DNA of 64,000 bases from Haplodiscus bocki (lineage: Eukaryota): assembly GCA_965655095.1 (NCBI GenBank), contig OZ296649.1:144336001-144400000 (forward strand). Reading direction: 5' to 3'. A program made the position numbers and the translations under genes. Below are positions 58,171 to 64,000 of the stretch, piece by piece (position 1 is the stretch's first letter; every line of letters begins with the position of its first letter). The notes beneath the pieces are model-generated. The model was not told where the DNA came from and ran no database searches. It saw nothing but the letters and a program-made list of their open reading frames with translations.

Positions 58171-58407
58171 AATCGATATTGGCGTCTTCTACGTCACTGG
58201 TTCAGCCGTTGGTGCCGGGCGCGCCCTCTTCTACGAGCAGTACCTCCTCCCCAGGGGACAACACAGTGGCGGTATGTGTGACCGATAACAGGAACAGAAA
58301 CTATACAGACATCTACACTCACGACTACGGAGGAATATTCATCACTTTCGCACTTAATGTTCTTTTCACTTTCTGTATCATGCTTCTCTTCTCTTTTATG
58401 CGGAAAG
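58171..58407 (+). CDS. TMEM63: TMEM63/OSCA (CSC1-like) gene, exon encoding the first TM helix
   Basis: tacag|...C...YGGIFITFALNVLFTFCIMLLFSFMRK G|gttagt matches the TMEM63 pattern FGG.P..L.L....F..LL.LFS.LRK. Confidence 0.75.
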
Positions 58408-59273
58408 GTTAGTTTTGAAAAACTCTAAAGTCAGCAGCGGCATTAGAGGGAATTCAAACTTCCCTTTCTTTTATTTTTTACATCAAATTTCCATTCAAGT
58501 GTCTAAGTGACAGTTTTTGGCTTTTTGTTTCGGACCATTCGAATACCTTTAAAGTCTGCAATGTTTTCCCTCCACTTCATTTTTTAGCATTCCAGGACAG
58601 TTTTGTGCATCTGAAATTGTGGAGTCAATGCAACTCCACTTTTTAGCGTGTGGTTTTTATAGACGTTTCAATGTTACCATCATATTTTCAACTTCTTTTC
58701 AAAACACTTTACGTTTCACTCATATAGAAATGAAAATTCTTGAAAGTTACTAAGACCTTCAGTCGGTTTCATAAGTCCACTGCAAATGGAAATTGCTTGA
58801 TTATGCTCTCCGTTTTGTTTCTTTTCTCTGAATTAAGATGTTATGAAAAAAGCGGAATTTTAGCAATTTAGAAATAATATCTTTTCTCGGCACAAAAACT
58901 TATTTCTTGTATGAAAATAAAATCTCCAAGTTGTCTGTATTTTTTCTGCGACCGTTTCATCATTTCTGATCAGGATAAAGCTTTGTTTGGAAAAGAATAA
59001 GTAATTGTCAGAAACAGTTTGAACTCTCAAAGTCCTCTAATACAAAACTTTTATTATGTACAGTTTCTAATATGCAGCATTTTATTTGACACTGTGCACA
59101 GCGGAAAAGGGTTACGATCATAAAGGATGTTGGTTCTAATCCCATCCTTAAATGAATTTTTAATACCGTGATGACATACGTTCACCAAAGCTTGTTGAGA
59201 AGACGAAAATTGCAAAAGAACAAAAAATGTATACAGTTTGTCTGGTCTTTGTATTTACTGAAAGTGATTTTAG

Positions 59274-59585
59274 GTATTGGAGGTTATGCACGTCTGGGTG
59301 TGACCATTGTGCGGGCGGGTTTCCCACACTTTGTGAGTCACGTGACGCAGACAGCTCAGAATGCTGCCAACAGGATCACAGAGACTGGCAACAAGATCCG
59401 CAATTCAAGAATAGTGAGTCACAATCTGTCCAATCCGGGAGACAACAGCGAGCCTGCTTCTCTCAGAGGAGTCTCTTCAATGGGCAGGTGTGACGAAAGA
59501 GCCGCGGTCACTTCTTCCTCGAAAAAGAAGCACAGGTCGCGAATTCCAGACGAGTTTGCTAACTTGCCAGAGTCGGAAGAAACAG
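59274..59585 (+). CDS. TMEM63: TMEM63/OSCA gene, next exon
   Basis: tttag|GT ATT GGA GGT TAT GCA CGT CTG gives RKGIGGYARLG (cf. RKxAWDYGRLA); phase-1 junctions consistent; ends ACAG|gtatgt. No further exons recognised in the window. Confidence 0.72.
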
Positions 59586-59735
59586 GTATGTAGGCAGCAA
59601 GGCAACCCGGAAACGACTGCGTTTCAAGTAATTGAAAGCAAGTAGGCGCATATAAAAGTAACAACCCAAAATAACAGCAAAGACTTGTTGTTAACTTTAA
59701 CTTATTTTTGAGACTTTAAAACTTTTTTTTCGGAA

Positions 59736-59748
59736 CCCCCCCCCCCCC

Positions 59749-59808
<60 letters not shown>

Positions 59809-59819
59809 TACACACACAC
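59736..59819 (+). repeat. Poly-C followed by (CA)n microsatellite
   Basis: Directly visible. Confidence 0.97.
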
Positions 59820-60339
59820 GTGTTTAGTTTTTTCTTGGCAAACGCCGTCGTGATTGACCTTTGGAGCGCTACAGTGGAGCCTAAGTCTTAGTCTCCTTTA
59901 CTTTCAATCATTTTTTACCCTTTCGCTCACTCTCGGTACGATTTGCTCTACAATTTCAAGTACATGATTCAAGTACAATAATGATTGAAATATTGTCAAG
60001 TTGGTCAATTTAATTCGCATCCTATTTTGCCTTTTTTTTACAAAATGGTGATCATTCATCGTGTCTAAATATTGTTGATTCTCAAAGCGTCGAAAAATTG
60101 CAGGCAATCCTCGGCGTCAAAAGTTTTCAAATTTCAAAACGCTCCGAAATTTTCTACGCTTTTTATGCTCGACGCCATGGTTTATATGAAATAAAAAGCC
60201 TACTCTTGTAGTCACTTGGTTTTTATTATTTTTTGAGATCACAAGCAATTGTCTACTTTTTTCCTGGCACATGATTTTAAAGTGTGCAAGTATAGTTTAT
60301 ACCGAGCACAGGCAAGTACTCACAAACATCAACAAGCTC

Positions 60340-60610
60340 CCTCTTCCACAAAATTTTTCGGTACTGTTGAAACAAAAAAAAATCGAAAAATTGTGATACC
60401 CCCTTATGCATTAAGTTTTTCAATGCCAGAAACTTTCGGAAACGCCGAAGGGTCCCCTTGTAGTTTTTCGGAACTGACAAAAACTTTTCGACGAAAAATA
60501 TGATACCCCTCCCTTACGTAAAAGTTCTTCAGTACCACAAACTTTAATAAGCACCAATCTTTGCGACAAAAAGTTTTCGACATCATGCCTGTGATACCGC
60601 CCCCCCCCTC
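60340..60610 (-). repeat. Tandem degenerate copies of the 52632-52728 repeat core
   Basis: Recurrent (G/A)TGATACC(C/G)C and CAGTACC(A/G)(C/A)AA-type motifs at ~100-bp spacing. Confidence 0.6.
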
Positions 60611-62099
60611 TATGGTTTACCAAAATTTTAGCGCCCGACAGATCCGCAGCACCTACTTTGAACTATTCTCTGCTTGTTCCTTCGCGAATCGGTAATGTCA
60701 ATTCGCTAATTCCATTTTTTTCATATTCTGAATTAATGACTGAGATCCCGCCTATGTTTTTGACACTGAGACCGCTAAAAAGTAATTGGACCTAAATACT
60801 TTTATGGCATCTAAAACAAAGAATTGTGTAAAGAATAGTGGAACTTTGGAGCGTACTGATTTGGTTGCAGATACCATATAAGTCTTCGAAGGCTCCCACA
60901 ATGAGTATAATGAGCCTTAAGGTGGCGGCGACTTAGACCCTTCCCGTCTCATTGCCAAACCGGGCCTGTATCTATTTTTCGCCCCATATTTCTATTTATG
61001 GAACAAAAAACATTTTCAGTAGGGTCTTTGTTTCAGACAAATTTTGCCGATTTATAAATCAATCTATTTTATATATCGGCAGTTGGGTTGGGACACAGAT
61101 TTCCCAAGATGTAAGTTCGGGCTCGAATCCCTACCTTGAGATATTTCATGTTTCCGCTGAAATCTGGATTCAGAATTCCAGTAGCACTGTGGTTAGGACA
61201 ACAGGGTTCTGAAGCGATAGGTACGGGTGTGAATCGCAGCATTTACCAATATTTTGAGGACTTCGGAAAGTTTCAACTTTAAGATCAGGACTTCGGCAAA
61301 TTTCAATTGTACGAAGTACTCATAGTGTTACATGTTTTTTTGACGGTTAATCGTACATTTTGCGACCTCGTTCGATGTTAGAAATTTGTGCGACCTTCGA
61401 AATTGTTTTTGCAAAACAAAGCTAAGCTGGGTGGGAGTACAGTAGTGACCATACAGACCGTCGTAATACCGGTGAAAGCGCGCTAAGCTAATTTAGATTC
61501 ATGTTCCCCAGTCAAAATACTGAATTTTCGTGCGACATTCTTATTAATTTTTTCTTTACTTTATTATTAGGATTTCGAGATTTTTTTCTACTGCCATCAA
61601 AATTGACATTTTTTGTCATTTTTTGAAATTCTCGTTTTTTTTTCAAAAAAATTCAATTCAGTAGTTTTCTGTTTACGTTTAGAAGAATGTTCGAATGCCA
61701 GACAAACTTTGTGTTGCCGATTTGTTAGCGTCTGGTGTAAAACATGTATTCCGTCTGACTGCATTTTGGTAGCCTCAACTTAAAGCGTTCGAAATTTTCT
61801 ACAGTCCGATTATATGTTTCCTGAAACTTTTATACATTTTTCGTGATCTTTTGTCCCGCATTAGTTTTTCTCGATATACTTTAGAGGTTTTTGATATATC
61901 AGCTTGTTTTCCGAAAACTCTCCTTTTGTCTACCTGAATGAATCAACTCGACTCGATTCAAATATTTTAGTATTTCAGAAAAAAATTCGACTATCCGATA
62001 ATTATCCGCTTTCAAGAAATTATATTTGCCTTATATAAAATACTTTCCATTTTTTTGAGAAATTTGAACTGTTTCTCCTTAAAAAATTCCCTAATACTT

Positions 62100-64000
62100 G
62101 TTGATCTTTTTTTCTGCTGGGCCTCAAACAACAAAATTTTACCACAAAAACTATTTGCCTGGAGCACGTTTTTCTGTACGTTGTGTCCTCCTTATACTCG
62201 GAACAGGCTTTGGAAGCATCTGGTTTTTTTAAATTTATATATTCAATGTCACTCTCCTCCAACACTACCGGTCAAATTTTTTGCATGAAGGTCTTAATCG
62301 AGGATGTTTTATTTCTAGTAAATCCTTCTATATTAAAATAGGTTGGTTCTGATATCTTGCAAGTGGAATCTGAGAGACCATTTCTTATTAAAGTTTTAGG
62401 CAGCTATTTTTTTCGAAATTCAAACCTATTTGACAAACACCAGCTGATTTTCCTCCATCAACATCTGGATCTGTTATTCTAACTGTGTAAAGGGGTATTC
62501 AATAATCAATGTTTTTCAATTTTTGGAAAGGCAGCCTCTTTGGCCAAAATTGGCCGAACGCCATTTGCGTATGACTTTCTTTGTTATTTCAACTAATCTT
62601 TCTTGAAAGCTACCAGGTTGGATTTTCCCTCTAATGTTTAACTTGACAATATTATTTTCGTACAATATAATTCAAAGGCATTTTCTTCAGTTAATTTGCT
62701 TGCATCTGGAAACTCGTGGACGGAGTTGGAGAAACGCGCATACAGACAAAAGTTTCCGTATATTCAAACCTGCATTTCTTCGGAGCTAACGGCTGCATTT
62801 CCATCAAGCTGTTGATCGACATTTTCATACTCACAAAAAGGTGTTCAATATCATTTCATTCATTTCATTTCTAGCAACTACAACTGGATTGGCGGAAGTT
62901 GCCAATCGTCTCAGAAAAGAATGAATCTTCCTTTTATACAAGCTCTTTTTCTTACAAGATTACGGACTGCAATTTTTGCGTCAAGGTCTCAATCCACATT
63001 TTTCTGCTTGCGAAAGGTCAATGGATAACGTTATATCCGAAAATGGTTCTTTCATCAGAACCTTTATGGGTTGAAGTAGGCGAGAAGAGCATACAGTATT
63101 GATTTCTTTAGAAATTCAATCCTTAACTTCTCTAAAGTTACCGGCGGCATATCTTCCGTCAATGTCTCAGTCGACATTTTACTACTTGTAAAGAGCAATT
63201 TCACTGTCAAAATTTGCGTTTGGTTCCTCACAAGGTAAACCTAATACACAAAAATTACCCATCTTTGCATATCCGTATGATTCGCCTTGATAATCACTTT
63301 CGGTTCTCTTCAAATCAACTGGCTGAATTTCGCACATCAAGGTCTTAGTCAACAAATTTGTAATTGTAGAGCATCACTCCATAATACTGTTTCAGTAAAC
63401 ATTTTTCACATCTGAAACTTCCTTGAGCGAAATAGCTGGAAAGTGCAAAAGGTTGTCATTTTTCCTGAGAATCAAACCTTTTCTCCAACATCACAGGCTG
63501 CATTTCATCCATTAGGGTATCAATCGACTTTATTTTTACTCGTAATAAGTTACTTGATTACCAAGCAATGCACTTGGTTCCTTGCTGGGTGAACCCGATG
63601 TGTCAAAATAGCCGAAAACTGGATGTTGGCTTGATTCAACTCAATAGTCAGATTCAACTCAATAGTCACTCAGTTTCCCTTTAAGCAACTGTCGAGACTT
63701 CTTCCCACCACGTCTCAAATTGGTTGTTTAACAAGATGACTCAATGTCCAGATGTTCTCTTTCCATCCTTTCTTCGAAATTTTTAAATGCCTAAATTCCC
63801 GAAAGGTATGTATATGTAGGATGCTTCTTTGTTAGATTTAGCTTTTTCCAAAGTTAACCTGTCCTTGTTCTTCCAAGTACCTTCTCAATCGACGATCTTT
63901 TAATTGTACAATATCCTTCAATAATTATATCTTTGGATGAATTTCTGGCATTGGAAACCTTATGGGCTGAAATAGCCAAAAAGTGCTGTGGGATTTAATT
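62100..64000 (-). mobile_element. Highly degenerate Ty3/gypsy pol remnant (RNase H-integrase), probably intronic
   Basis: H.GYAKM...RF resembles the integrase zinc-binding region (~63150-63285); PG..VFVVKF...KY.G resembles the C-terminal domain (~62090-62170); fragmentary. Confidence 0.4.

Noticed and set aside
63632-63668. 18-bp perfect tandem duplication GATTCAACTCAATAGTCA
   Set aside because: Local slippage duplication within a dead retroelement; no sign of function.

Overview
AT-rich animal genomic DNA; the species cannot be determined from the sequence. The dominant feature is a complete but decaying 19.6-kb Polinton/Maverick (endogenous polintovirus/adintovirus) at 1495-21055, with a perfect 6-bp target-site duplication (GTCGCT) and ~345-bp TIRs about 95% identical by manual count. 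It carries the full core set: protein-primed PolB, retroviral-type integrase, A32-like packaging ATPase, major and minor jelly-roll capsid proteins and an adenain-like protease, plus about 20 accessory ORFs. Most core genes have stops or frameshifts. Unusual features: (1) each TIR is itself a ~280-bp hairpin with a second, inverted copy of the terminus; (2) a private 65-200-bp repeat recurs in the element and splits a zinc-finger gene; (3) nearly every gene starts at TAAATG; (4) the putative fibre ends in a MAM-like domain; (5) there is a set of membrane and late-domain-like ORFs; (6) decay appears dominated by A<->T changes at ApT. The rest of the window holds transposon remnants (gypsy, MULE, CRE-like and CR1-like LINEs, HINE-like and tRNA-derived repeats, microsatellites) and the first three coding exons of a TMEM63/OSCA-family gene (56579-59585, +). 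All family assignments come from manual motif recognition; no database search was run.
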